The notes under the pieces: generated by a model
The model's input: the letters and a program-made list of their open reading frames with translations, nothing else
Told to the model about the DNA's origin: nothing
Databases searched by the model: none
In this document: piece by piece, positions 18,954-28,697 of the stretch
Numbering within the stretch: the stretch's first letter is position 1
Layout of the letters: each line of letters begins with the position of its first letter
IMG/VR virus record: IMGVR_UViG_3300022666_000335
Location: 1 to 46,808 of that record
Strand: one strand, 5' to 3'
Origin: a virus
Taxonomy: Duplodnaviria; Caudoviricetes
DNA length: 46,808 nucleotides
Program-made: the position numbers and the translations under genes

Positions 18954-19643
18954 ATGGCCGCAGTAACCAGCATTAGGCTAAACGACGGTGAGCGCGAGAT
19001 CGTCAATGCCATTTTAGAGGCCCACCCGGAACTGGACGGGAATACCAGCCGGGCCATTTCTTTGGCCCTGCATGAATGGAGCAAGGCCCATCCGTCGGAA
19101 ACGTTCATGTATCCCGTTATCGTTCAGGATCTGGATCACCCACAGAAACCCGATATCATCCGAATTTTACCGGAACCCGGGCGCACGAATCAGTCAAACG
19201 ATCCCCGCATCGTGGGATGGCTCGGGACAATCAACAACGTTTCAAAAACGGCTCTGGGGAAATTGACGCCGGCGGAAACGCGTAAATTGCTCCGGGAATA
19301 TGAGATTCAGATCCCAGATAGTGTACCTGTGCGGTTTTGCGATTATGCTGCCGGCGGCAGTGCCGAGGCGGAGTATTTCAATAATCAGTTTTCCTATCCC
19401 TACCAGGGGCCCTGGATGGGAATCCCGCCAGATGAGGAGCGGTGGGCAGTATCGCCGGCCACCGTGAAACGCGCCCAGGTGGTATTCAGCAATGGCTATC
19501 TCACCATCACATTCACTGATGGAGAGCAGTGGTTTATCTACGAGGCCTCACCCGATCTGAATACCCGGGGTGCCGAGGAGATTTCCGAAGAGCTGGTAGG
19601 AAAGCGATTTGACCAGCAGCAATTCTCCCGGTTCGGAGGATAG
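18954..19643 (+). CDS. Protein with N-terminal RHH-like domain and unknown C-terminal domains
   Basis: TSIRLNDGEREIV...NTSRAISLAL; SD AGGAGGT. Confidence 0.65.
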   Translation: MAAVTSIRLNDGEREIVNAILEAHPELDGNTSRAISLALHEWSKAHPSETFMYPVIVQDLDHPQKPDIIRILPEPGRTNQSNDPRIVGWLGTINNVSKTALGKLTPAETRKLLREYEIQIPDSVPVRFCDYAAGGSAEAEYFNNQFSYPYQGPWMGIPPDEERWAVSPATVKRAQVVFSNGYLTITFTDGEQWFIYEASPDLNTRGAEEISEELVGKRFDQQQFSRFGG

Positions 19644-19646
19644 CCA

Positions 19647-19853
19647 ATGAAACGGGCACTGACGAAGGCCGGTAGACTCCTGGTCCTGTTGCGCCTGCGG
19701 CAACAGGGGAGCCTGGATGGAGTGACCCTCCAGGAGATCGCCGACCAATTCGGCGTAAACCGGTCGACGATCATGCGCGATCTGCGCGAGATTGACCAAG
19801 CTGAGGCCGAATACCAGCGGATAAAAAATCTCCAGCCCTGGGGACAGGGATGA
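19647..19853 (+). CDS. Small HTH DNA-binding protein
   Basis: VTLQEIADQFGVNRSTIMRDL. Confidence 0.8.
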   Translation: MKRALTKAGRLLVLLRLRQQGSLDGVTLQEIADQFGVNRSTIMRDLREIDQAEAEYQRIKNLQPWGQG

Positions 19854-19883
19854 GAAAGGCCCCGGTTAATCCGGGGCCTTTTC
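19854..19883. terminator. Bidirectional terminator between the converging arms
   Basis: GAAAGGCCCCGG-TTAAT-CCGGGGCCTTTTC. Confidence 0.85.
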
Positions 19884-19885
19884 GC

Positions 19886-19905
19886 ATCTGCGAATATTCG
19901 CAGAT
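19886..19905. repeat. 20-bp palindrome, copy 2
   Basis: ATCTGCGAATATTCGCAGAT. Confidence 0.9.
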
Positions 19906-19908
19906 AGA

Positions 19909-20361
19909 TCACACGGGAATCCCTACCGGCCGCGCCTGGCCCATACGGGAGATCCTGACTCTGACAACATCCCCGACGGCCAACCCGGTAGCGCAGCGCG
20001 CCGGGATTTTAACCTCCGATCCAGGCGCTATTTCAGCTACTACCGACCCGTTTATTGAGCGCACAATGCACGAATGCACGCTCCCCACCACAGCCGGCGG
20101 GACCGTAGGGACTTTTTTTAGCCACCCCTCTCCACGGTTTATAAATCGCCCCACAATGCGCCCGGTCTGGCGCACGGCCTGAGCGGCCGCCAGGGCCTGC
20201 GCCGATCCGTTGGCCTCCAGCGCGTTGATAATTTGCGCGATCCGGTCGTCGAGTACAAATAGCCGTTCGCCTTCATCGCAATCTATCCACTGGGCCGTTA
20301 CTGCCGCCCCGTCAAAAACCCGCACCTCTCCGCCAGCTCCAACTGTTGCATTCATTGCCAT
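19909..20361 (-). CDS. Hypothetical protein, last gene of late operon
   Basis: SD GAGGTG before ATG at 20361. Confidence 0.65.
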   Translation of the reverse strand: MAMNATVGAGGEVRVFDGAAVTAQWIDCDEGERLFVLDDRIAQIINALEANGSAQALAAAQAVRQTGRIVGRFINRGEGWLKKVPTVPPAVVGSVHSCIVRSINGSVVAEIAPGSEVKIPARCATGLAVGDVVRVRISRMGQARPVGIPV

Positions 20362-20362
20362 A

Positions 20363-21079
20363 TCACACCTCGCAGCTCGCGGTAATTGACCGAATGTAAA
20401 CCGGGTCAAAAAATGTAAACCCGCTGTATTTTTGGAAATAGATCAGCAGATACTTCGGGGTGTACGGAATAACCGACGGCTTGCTGGTATAGTAATGCCA
20501 CGTCGAATCTTGGGCATCATAAAACCCAGGGCAGGCCGACAGCCAGCGCAGGCCATAGGTACGAATGGCCGATCCAGCGTAAAAAATACCAGAATATCTC
20601 GCCGTGAACGTGTCGTCTCCGTCGTTTGTCTGTCCCTCGCAGGTTAGACCGGACAGTGCAGCCTGATCGTCGTAGGCTATTGTATAGGCCGCCACGTTCT
20701 GCGTGTGGACGATGGCAGCGATATGCAGAGCGCCTTTATGGTTGGTAGCTGATGGGGTATACTCGAATTCAATTACAATTTTTATATTTGGACCACCAAC
20801 CGGGAACGGAATCAGCATGGCCGGTCCTTGCGCATCTACAGCCGACGCCGGTTTCCATCCGCGCCCGGCGACATGCGACCACGACCCACTAACCGTCCCG
20901 AGCGTCGTGGCTGGGAATGGGACATCTAAGTCTGAGAATCGCACGCCAGCCGCCTGGGCGAGAGCTTTTGTGTTGTAATTTGTGCCTGAGAAATCGAGGT
21001 AATACGATTTTCCTGGCGTCTCAATGCGTTCCAACGCCGAGACCCGTCGCTCAATTTTCAGCAGTTCTGAGTCGGTCAT
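20363..21079 (-). CDS. Putative tail fibre/receptor-binding protein
   Basis: N-terminal LKIERRVSALERIETP coiled stub then beta-rich domain; follows tail tip genes. Confidence 0.6.
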   Translation of the reverse strand: MTDSELLKIERRVSALERIETPGKSYYLDFSGTNYNTKALAQAAGVRFSDLDVPFPATTLGTVSGSWSHVAGRGWKPASAVDAQGPAMLIPFPVGGPNIKIVIEFEYTPSATNHKGALHIAAIVHTQNVAAYTIAYDDQAALSGLTCEGQTNDGDDTFTARYSGIFYAGSAIRTYGLRWLSACPGFYDAQDSTWHYYTSKPSVIPYTPKYLLIYFQKYSGFTFFDPVYIRSITASCEV

Positions 21080-22227
21080 GCCAGCACCTCCTCAAAAGTT
21101 CCTGTGATTTTTTCGCCGCTACTATCGACGGTTATCCCTACGGCCGCGACGTGCATATCGAACGATTGCCCGAGGTATTGCGCGGTTACGCGATCACCCA
21201 GGCCCCAATGAACCCCGTAAACACAGAGCGGGTTTCCAGAGGAATCGTATGTGTCAACGCTGTCGAATGCGAACCGCGTCACTGGCTGGGCATCCTCCAG
21301 GCGGGATTTTGCGGCACTGGCGAGGGCCGTTGATTCTGTGGCGTCGTATTGCCGGCCATCATAGAATAACTCAATCCGATTGAGCGGTGAAGCCCCGACC
21401 CGCGCCGTGTCGCCGGTCTCGATGATAATCCGCGCCGATTCCTCTCCCTGCCCACCACCGTAGGCATAGGTTGCCTCATTGTCTCGGCTGATCGACAGGC
21501 GCGGGTTTTGCATATTGCCCAACTCCAACGAGAACCACACCGGGCCCTGGGCGCCACCCGGGTAACGATGATCCATTCCGAGCTGTGGAACGTTCGTGAT
21601 GAACGTGCAAGTTGAACCGTCTCCCGTTGGGACCATATCGAAATACACAGCCGTGGCCGGCGTGTTGCGGCTCGACTCGCTGATCTCGCGCAGGGTTTGG
21701 AATAAGGGCTGCCAGGCGCAGCCCTTGGAAATTGATGTGCCGGCGCTGCGGTTTGCCTCGACGGTAACGATGGACATCTGGCGCGCCGTTGCGGCCAGGC
21801 TGCCCAAGTTTTCCCTGACGAGAGCTTTCATAACATCGTCAGCATACCCTGTTTTGGTTGTGTATGCGGTTCCCGCTGCATACGCGACAATCCGCCGCAT
21901 CAGGAGATGGTTGTAGTCAGCTCCGCGCAGGAACAACCGTTCCTGGTTCCCGCTGGTTTTGCGCTCCCAGCTCCGTGCCAGGCCGGCGAACGCGATACCC
22001 TGGCGGCGACCAGCCGGCCGCCGCCACGCTACCACACGCCAGTCGGTGAAATCCGGGTAATCATGGGCCGGCAACGCCGATTCAGCCAGTTCGATCTCGA
22101 ATGAGCCGACCGTTCCAATGCGGCGGGCGAATTGTAGTTTTACCCACATTTCAGGAGTTAACAGCTTTACCCGCGCTCCTGATGCATCATGGAGCCAGAG
22201 TTCATAGTCCGCATTGCGCGTGTACAT
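21076..22227 (-). CDS. Siphovirus baseplate hub / Gp37-like minor tail protein
   Basis: YGGGQGEESAR, YGVHWGLGDRVT motifs; position after Dit. Confidence 0.75.
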   Translation of the reverse strand: MYTRNADYELWLHDASGARVKLLTPEMWVKLQFARRIGTVGSFEIELAESALPAHDYPDFTDWRVVAWRRPAGRRQGIAFAGLARSWERKTSGNQERLFLRGADYNHLLMRRIVAYAAGTAYTTKTGYADDVMKALVRENLGSLAATARQMSIVTVEANRSAGTSISKGCAWQPLFQTLREISESSRNTPATAVYFDMVPTGDGSTCTFITNVPQLGMDHRYPGGAQGPVWFSLELGNMQNPRLSISRDNEATYAYGGGQGEESARIIIETGDTARVGASPLNRIELFYDGRQYDATESTALASAAKSRLEDAQPVTRFAFDSVDTYDSSGNPLCVYGVHWGLGDRVTAQYLGQSFDMHVAAVGITVDSSGEKITGTFEEVLA

Positions 22228-24104
22228 TACCCCACCGCCCCGTCAACGGTCAGGTAGGCGTTTTTCCAGGATGCCGTCACCGCAGTATTGGCGGTGTAGT
22301 TCAACGCCAGGATCGAGATTTTATTATTCCCGCTCCCGACAATGGGGGCCGGTAGCAGTGACCATGTCCCCAGGTCGGAACCGGGGAGCAGGAATTGAAT
22401 TCGGTTTCCGCCCCAGCTGCTGGTGATGGTTTTCACTCCGGGGGTGAGGTCAATTGTCACAACCTCACCGGCCTGGATCGGCATGTCGTCGAACAGTAGC
22501 CGCTGCCCGCTGTACTCGTTTTTTATCGAGCGAAGGTTGCATGGTCCGGTGATGGCAAACACGGGATAGGCGTCAATCTCGCCGGCATTCTGGGCGGTGG
22601 TCACCTCTGGGAATTCTGCATTCCCCGACCCGTCGAATCCGATATACATATCGGTGCGAATCGCCGAAACGAATTTACTCGCTACCGCATTGACGGTAGT
22701 CGGCCCAGGGGATCCAGGGAAATCGAACGGATACCGCACCCAGCGGGCGCCGTCCCACAGCGCCGCCCGATCCCACGATGACAGGTATTGCGCGCCAGCC
22801 TGGAGATATCCATCAGGTACCGCGTTGATTGCATAGACGGTCGAGAGAGAGCCGGTTAACAACGTAGACCAGCGCACGCCGTTCCATTTTGCAATGTAGC
22901 TCGTGGCCGTTGCCGCCGTGCCGGATGTGGCAAATTCTCCGGCCACATAGAGCGACCCGTCCGTATTGATGGCGATATCCCAAACTGTGGCGCTGCATCC
23001 GCCGTCCATTGCCACCCAACCAGAACCGTTCCAGTAGGCAATGTAGTTAACTGTCGTCCCGCCTGCCGTGGTGAATGAACCGCCAGCATACAGCCGACTG
23101 GTAGCTGCATCGTAAACCAATTTACGACAGGTCCCATTGAGGCCCGTCCCGAGGGCCGACCAAACGCCGCCGGAATAGCGCGCTACCCGCGTGCAGGCCA
23201 CGCCGCCAATCGTTGTAAAACTTCCCCCGACGTAGATATCCCCATTGGGAGCAATCGCCGAGCAGTAACACGCAGCATCCGGAGCCCCGAATGCCGCCCA
23301 TGTATTCGTGAGCGGGCTCCATACGGCGCTGTATGAGATGGCGGCCCCGTCCATGGTGGCGAAATCTCCCTGGGCATACACATTCCCGGCCGCATCCTCG
23401 GACATTTCCCACACGGTTGAATTTGCCCCCACACCAGTGCCCATGGCCGACCAGCCGAGAGCCGATGGAGTATAGCGGGCCACGCGCACATAAGCGGACC
23501 CGCCGGCGGTGGTGAACTCGCCGCCGACAAAAACCTCCTCAGATACCCTCGACGGGAGGATCACATGGGGAATGTTGTTGAGGCCATTATTCATATTGAT
23601 CCAGTCGCCATTGATGCGGCCGGCGATATAGTTGACCGTGCGCTTGTCGTGGTAATTCATGCTCTGGGACGTGGTGGAGGTGGAATACCACAGCGGATCA
23701 TAAGCGATTAGCCGAATACCGGAGCGCCGGGTGAATCCACCGGCGCTCGCCGTAATATCTCCCAGGAAATAACACCGCAGGTCGGCCGAGTTGGTCCCGT
23801 CGTTGTAGCGCAACGTGAGCGGCTGGAGTGTGGCGGTACGATTCCAGCGCACGGCCGGCCACACGTAGGTTTTTAGCGCGGTATGCAGTGCGTGCAACGT
23901 GCTCCCCTCGGAGTGCTCCGTGATGGTGACGATCCTGGGTTTCATGTAAATCGCATCCAGGACACCTCCGGACTGGAGCGGAATTGTGCGCGAGTAGTGC
24001 GCCAGTTCCGGATATCCATCGGCCTCGAAAACCTCGACGCTCACATCAGTGCCGTCGAGTGCGAACGTTACCCCGTCAGGGGTAATGATTGAGTGGGTAG
24101 CCAT
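22227..24104 (-). CDS. Distal tail protein with inserted beta-propeller repeats
   Basis: AYDPLWY and YPVFAITGP Dit-like ends flanking repeated YVGGxFTTAGG...W units. Confidence 0.75.
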   Translation of the reverse strand: MATHSIITPDGVTFALDGTDVSVEVFEADGYPELAHYSRTIPLQSGGVLDAIYMKPRIVTITEHSEGSTLHALHTALKTYVWPAVRWNRTATLQPLTLRYNDGTNSADLRCYFLGDITASAGGFTRRSGIRLIAYDPLWYSTSTTSQSMNYHDKRTVNYIAGRINGDWINMNNGLNNIPHVILPSRVSEEVFVGGEFTTAGGSAYVRVARYTPSALGWSAMGTGVGANSTVWEMSEDAAGNVYAQGDFATMDGAAISYSAVWSPLTNTWAAFGAPDAACYCSAIAPNGDIYVGGSFTTIGGVACTRVARYSGGVWSALGTGLNGTCRKLVYDAATSRLYAGGSFTTAGGTTVNYIAYWNGSGWVAMDGGCSATVWDIAINTDGSLYVAGEFATSGTAATATSYIAKWNGVRWSTLLTGSLSTVYAINAVPDGYLQAGAQYLSSWDRAALWDGARWVRYPFDFPGSPGPTTVNAVASKFVSAIRTDMYIGFDGSGNAEFPEVTTAQNAGEIDAYPVFAITGPCNLRSIKNEYSGQRLLFDDMPIQAGEVVTIDLTPGVKTITSSWGGNRIQFLLPGSDLGTWSLLPAPIVGSGNNKISILALNYTANTAVTASWKNAYLTVDGAVG

Positions 24105-24110
24105 GATGAC

Positions 24111-26225
24111 CTATCCTCCGTTCATGGTTCTGAGCAGATTGAAATACACCGGCGCTTCGGAAGCGTTTGACATCCCATTGACCGTCATGTTGTAGTTGTT
24201 AGTGATCTGGCGGGTTTCCGAAGCGTTGTAAACCCGCGCCCCCGCCGGCAACTGGACGATTTCCGGTCCCTGCTCACCGACCAGGGCCGCTCCGGCTCGA
24301 TCCGTTACCCCGCCGTTGGCGTAGGCGATGGGCCCCTGCCCTTTTGTGGGGAGATTGACGGGCGGTTGCTGGATGTCCCACTCCACCGCTATTTTTATAT
24401 CGGTGGGGATATCGGCGGCCGCCTTGGCGATGCCGGTCAGCAACTGGGCGGCCGTGTCGGCGCTGCCGGTTTTGTTGAACGCCTCGATGGAGGCATTGAC
24501 GCCTCGCATCGCGGCCGCTGTCTGCTGGTCGATTAACCCCATTTTCTCAGCCACAGTTGTGGCGAGTTCGAGTTCGCTCTCGGTGAGACCGTCAACAGAC
24601 AATCGCGCCATCATCATCTCATACACGATTTTATTCATTGCCGCCGTGTGGGCGGCTTCAGTTTCCGCCATTTTGGCATTCAGCAGGTCAAGCTCGCCAC
24701 GGGTCTCGGCGATCCGTTTCGAGTTATCCACATATGTCGTCACGGCCTGACCGGCCCCGTTTATTTTCCCCTGGAGATCCTCGATTCTCACCCCGAGCTG
24801 GGCCTGTTTAAGGGCGTTGTCGGCTGATGTCTCCGAGAGTTGGCGCTGAGCATCCGCAAGCTGTAAATTAGCGAGGTTAAGTTCAGCCGCCGTTAACGAG
24901 CTTTTTGATTGCGTCGTGACAACGGCACCCTGAGAGCGCTCAAGCCGCTGCAACTCCGCGTCGAGTTCGGCGGCTTTCGCTTTCATCTCGTCCATGTTAT
25001 TGATGTAGTCGCGATTTTCCTTCCCGACCGCCCCAGCAATGGCGGTTTTTAAATCATTGACGGCCGTTTTACTGGCCTCAATGGCCTGGGCAGTGTCATC
25101 GACAGCCACGGCCGCTTTCTGGGCCGAGGCTCCAACGTCGTTGTACCCCTGCGATGCAGCAGCCAGGCCCTTCTGTAGGGCCTCGAAATCGGTGCGGCTC
25201 ATCGTCTCACCGACCCCCACGCCAAGGGCTATGGCGGCGTCAACCGAGTTGTTGTATTTAAGCCAAAAATTGGCGGTCTCCTGGGCGGTCATTCCCTGGG
25301 CCCGCAGGACTGGCTCGATTGCCTTCTGAATGTCGCCCAGCCGACCGGCCTGTACCTGGGCCTCATACTGCGTCCGCGCATACTGTTCCCAGCTCGTGCC
25401 AGCCTGGACTGCCGCCTGCGTGTTCTGGGCCAGAGAATCATCCACCCGCTGATTGAACGTCAGCAGCTGGTACAGGCCCTCAGCTGCCGGAGATAGCGCG
25501 TCAGAGGCCAGTTTCGCCAGCTCTGTTTTCAGGTTGGCGATCGCCGCACCGGAACGGTCAAACGACTGCACCGTCCCGGTGCCGGCCTCGCCCAAACGGT
25601 CAAGGGACTGCTGCCCCTGTTCCATCACGGCCTGGGTGAATGCAGCCTCCCGGCTCAGGCCCTGATGGGCCGCTTGCAGTTCCTCGATCCGGGCGCGCAC
25701 GCGACCAGAGCTGATTCCGTAATTGTCCAATCTGGGAATGGACTGATTTGCCAGCAGCGCCGCGAAATCGGAAATGCGGCCGCTCACGTCCTGCTGGGAA
25801 TCGCCGAGCCGCACGGCCATCTCAATCATCCGCGCGGCTTCCTGTTGATTCTCTACGAGGCCCATAGACAATAACTTCGACGCGGCGGCCGTGGCGGTCA
25901 CGTTGTCTACTGTGTATCCTGAAGCCTCACCAATCGCTCTGAGATAGCTTGCGGCCTGATCGGCTCCGCCGGCAAGCGCCGCGAGTTTCTGCTCTCCGGC
26001 CTGGGCCTGGGCTCCCAGTTTGCCGAGCTCCACAGCTGCCTGGACAATTTCAGTTACAGCCAACGCCGCGAATGCGGCTTTTGCTGATGATGCGAAATCA
26101 GCCAGGCTCCCGCCTGACTTTTTTCCCTCATCGCCCAGTTTGCGCAGGTCATCGGCCGCGGATTTTGCACCCGGGCCGGCCTGATTTTTTACTCGTACAA
26201 CTGCATCAAGAGCTACTTCGCTCAT
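24111..26225 (-). CDS. Tape measure protein
   Basis: Long Ala-rich helical protein with C-terminal YANGG...LVGEQGPE motif. Confidence 0.88.
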   Translation of the reverse strand: MSEVALDAVVRVKNQAGPGAKSAADDLRKLGDEGKKSGGSLADFASSAKAAFAALAVTEIVQAAVELGKLGAQAQAGEQKLAALAGGADQAASYLRAIGEASGYTVDNVTATAAASKLLSMGLVENQQEAARMIEMAVRLGDSQQDVSGRISDFAALLANQSIPRLDNYGISSGRVRARIEELQAAHQGLSREAAFTQAVMEQGQQSLDRLGEAGTGTVQSFDRSGAAIANLKTELAKLASDALSPAAEGLYQLLTFNQRVDDSLAQNTQAAVQAGTSWEQYARTQYEAQVQAGRLGDIQKAIEPVLRAQGMTAQETANFWLKYNNSVDAAIALGVGVGETMSRTDFEALQKGLAAASQGYNDVGASAQKAAVAVDDTAQAIEASKTAVNDLKTAIAGAVGKENRDYINNMDEMKAKAAELDAELQRLERSQGAVVTTQSKSSLTAAELNLANLQLADAQRQLSETSADNALKQAQLGVRIEDLQGKINGAGQAVTTYVDNSKRIAETRGELDLLNAKMAETEAAHTAAMNKIVYEMMMARLSVDGLTESELELATTVAEKMGLIDQQTAAAMRGVNASIEAFNKTGSADTAAQLLTGIAKAAADIPTDIKIAVEWDIQQPPVNLPTKGQGPIAYANGGVTDRAGAALVGEQGPEIVQLPAGARVYNASETRQITNNYNMTVNGMSNASEAPVYFNLLRTMNGG

Positions 26226-26449
26226 TTGTTGCTATTCCTAATCTCGCTGAACTGGCGTTCGTATCGTTGCCAGGTTTCCAGGTCGAGCAGGTCATCCTCT
26301 GGAATCTGCTCCACATCCCACGGCGTAAAAAACTGACCGCCGAGAATCTGATTTACACGCTGAGCGAGCAAAACATTAAAAATAAATTCCGGCGGTGCGC
26401 TTTTGCGGCCCCCAGCAACCCAGGCTAAGAGCCGCTGCTCACGTTTTTT
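26222..26449 (-). CDS. -1 frameshift extension of tail assembly chaperone (G-T type)
   Basis: A AAA AAC slippery site at 26449-26443; -1 frame open to TGA overlapping the TMP ATG. Confidence 0.75.
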   Translation of the reverse strand, partial: KKREQRLLAWVAGGRKSAPPEFIFNVLLAQRVNQILGGQFFTPWDVEQIPEDDLLDLETWQRYERQFSEIRNSNK

Positions 26450-26751
26450 CGGCGAATCTCCCGATATTTCCCAATGATCTCAAACGAGCGATCAACAAGC
26501 CAGACGCCCAGCTCGCCGGATTCGATGAGCGCACGGGCTTCCTCTTCGGAACAGTTCCACAGTTTTGACATGAACTGCGGCTGCTGCTCGGGAGTCGAGA
26601 TTTTGAATTCGTTCAGCCATTGAGATGATGGGTTGAGCCAAATCTCAACATAGTTACCCTCAAGTTCTTTGTGAAATTCTGATAACTGCAACGTCTCGCG
26701 CAGTTCCGGAATGTTCGCTTTCCCGTTTTGAATGAAATTTAGTTTCGCCAT
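26425..26751 (-). CDS. Tail assembly chaperone
   Basis: Between tail tube and TMP genes; SD GGAGG. Confidence 0.75.
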   Translation of the reverse strand: MAKLNFIQNGKANIPELRETLQLSEFHKELEGNYVEIWLNPSSQWLNEFKISTPEQQPQFMSKLWNCSEEEARALIESGELGVWLVDRSFEIIGKYREIRRKNVSSGS

Positions 26752-26759
26752 ATGTCCTC

Positions 26760-27764
26760 CTACGGCAGCGTAGCCAGTTCGTTGACGACTGTGATATACC
26801 CTTGAGTATCAGGGTTCGGGGTCGTGTCAATAACACCGTAGGCCGTTCCGGTCACGATATCATTGCCGTCTTTCTCTCCGATTTTGTCGAATTTCTTCCA
26901 AACGACTGGAAGGGCGATAATGAGGGTTTTGTACGAATACGTTGTTCCAGGAGTGGCGACCGCCGATCCCTCAAAAATGATCTTAATAGCTCGCAGCGCT
27001 TCCGATCTCCACTTCGCTTTTTCGGCGATGCTGGTGGCGTCATGCTCGAACGTGAGCTGTAACTCGATCTCCGGTTTTATTTGTTTGGTGAACGAAAAGT
27101 ACAGCTGCCCTCCATCAGTGAAAACAGCCAGCCGCCCGGTTTTGACTTTTACGCTCATTTGGATAAGGGTGTTAGATTTTAGAGTTCCCCCAAGGCCGGC
27201 CCACGTATCATCGATATATAGCTTACCTTTTCCAAACAGAATCTCTTCTACCGCCGGAACACTCAATCCGGCAGTGAATGCCGCAGGCTCAACTGTTCTC
27301 CCGAGCAGGCTTGCGCTCATCATCAAAGACGCGCCGGCCTCTCCGGAAATCTCGAATTCATCAACATACATGTAATGAGATTCTTCGACTCCCGCGTCAT
27401 CGCCGCACTCTACAGTTAATGTATCGAACGTGTTTTGGGCTCCGGTTGAAAAGTCGTGCTGACGAATGTAGTCTGTCCCTGCGCCATCCTGCACTCCAGC
27501 CTGACGCTCTACTCCGCAGTTGAGAATGTACGGAAGTTGTTCGAATGTTGCCTCTATCGGTTCAAGTGGCAAAGCGGAACCGAGCTTCGAGACATACGTG
27601 CGATTTGTTCTCCCGAGCAAGCCGACATCTTCCTCGACGAAAACAACTTCACGAGTATCTTCGAGCGTTCCCATGCCGCGCCAGATAGTCGTACACGGCA
27701 AATCAGTTCCGGCGACTGCCTCCGTTGCGAGCTGAATTTTTCGTAAGGCTTTAATACCTGCCAT
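26760..27764 (-). CDS. Major tail tube protein
   Basis: Size, position and beta-rich composition. Confidence 0.75.
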   Translation of the reverse strand: MAGIKALRKIQLATEAVAGTDLPCTTIWRGMGTLEDTREVVFVEEDVGLLGRTNRTYVSKLGSALPLEPIEATFEQLPYILNCGVERQAGVQDGAGTDYIRQHDFSTGAQNTFDTLTVECGDDAGVEESHYMYVDEFEISGEAGASLMMSASLLGRTVEPAAFTAGLSVPAVEEILFGKGKLYIDDTWAGLGGTLKSNTLIQMSVKVKTGRLAVFTDGGQLYFSFTKQIKPEIELQLTFEHDATSIAEKAKWRSEALRAIKIIFEGSAVATPGTTYSYKTLIIALPVVWKKFDKIGEKDGNDIVTGTAYGVIDTTPNPDTQGYITVVNELATLP

Positions 27765-27772
27765 ATTTACCT

Positions 27773-28198
27773 CTAAATGTTGTTGTGAATTTTCACGGTC
27801 ACACGGAACGCATAACCGATTGTTGGCGTTTTATCATTCCACCCAAGAGCCACGAGCCCGGAATGATTGATCGGGGCCTGGATGGTATCAATTGTGCCGC
27901 CCCACGTGGGATCAGCCATAATCTTCTCCGCTACAGGCTCAAAGTAAGTCCGCAACTTGGTAACGTCGCGGGGGAGGTCCTTGCGGGCCACATGTAACTC
28001 GATGATGACCTGGTGCAAGCCCTTGTATTGCCCAGCCGGGTCACCATACCAGAACTCTCCCGGTCCCTCGTAGGCGACAACGTATGGATAAGCGTTCATG
28101 TCGTTCGGCGGTTCATTGGGAGCCGCCCGGATGCCGCTGATTGTGCGGATCTGCCCCTGAATCCATTCAATGGCGTCCCCTAACGGATGCGCGGTCAT
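27773..28198 (-). CDS. Tail terminator/completion protein
   Basis: ADPTWGGTID motif; position. Confidence 0.6.
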   Translation of the reverse strand: MTAHPLGDAIEWIQGQIRTISGIRAAPNEPPNDMNAYPYVVAYEGPGEFWYGDPAGQYKGLHQVIIELHVARKDLPRDVTKLRTYFEPVAEKIMADPTWGGTIDTIQAPINHSGLVALGWNDKTPTIGYAFRVTVKIHNNI

Positions 28199-28695
28199 TG
28201 TTTACCCCACCACGCGATCATACGATTGGCCATTTTTCTGAATTCAGCAGTCACGCGCTGGCGTTTTGACTCGACAGCGCCGCGCAGGAATTTACGAGGA
28301 GCCAGGCCGCCGCGCCGATAAATCGCCCGCGCCACGATAAACCCATTCGGGAACCCGTGCCGTTGCGCCCAATCATCCAGGGCCGCCGGCGGCGGAAAGT
28401 GCCGGGAATGTTTCGAGTCTGGAGCCTCGCTGAGTAGCCCGGTACCATATTCCATGGGCCGAGCGGCGCGGTTATAGTTCAGAATGTGCCCGGTATAACC
28501 GGAAACGCTGGTCGTGAAATCGTTAGCCAGTCCACCGGTGTCTTTTGGGGCACGTTGCTGGGCCTCCCGTGCGATGATGCCGGTGGCCGTAGTGAGAAAC
28601 GTCCGGATCTCGGGATCAATGACCTGACGTTCCATTCCGTTCAGTTTTGACAGCAATTTATCCAGCCCATTGATGGTAATTTCAGCGTCAGCCAT
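28195..28695 (-). CDS. HK97 gp10-like neck protein
   Basis: INGLDKL, APKDTGGL, MEYGT, PRKFL. Confidence 0.8.
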   Translation of the reverse strand: MADAEITINGLDKLLSKLNGMERQVIDPEIRTFLTTATGIIAREAQQRAPKDTGGLANDFTTSVSGYTGHILNYNRAARPMEYGTGLLSEAPDSKHSRHFPPPAALDDWAQRHGFPNGFIVARAIYRRGGLAPRKFLRGAVESKRQRVTAEFRKMANRMIAWWGKQ

Positions 28696-28697
28696 AG

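Noticed and set aside
19909-24104. Diversity-generating retroelement or invertible tail-fibre cassette
   Set aside because: No reverse transcriptase, invertase or template/variable repeat pair visible by eye
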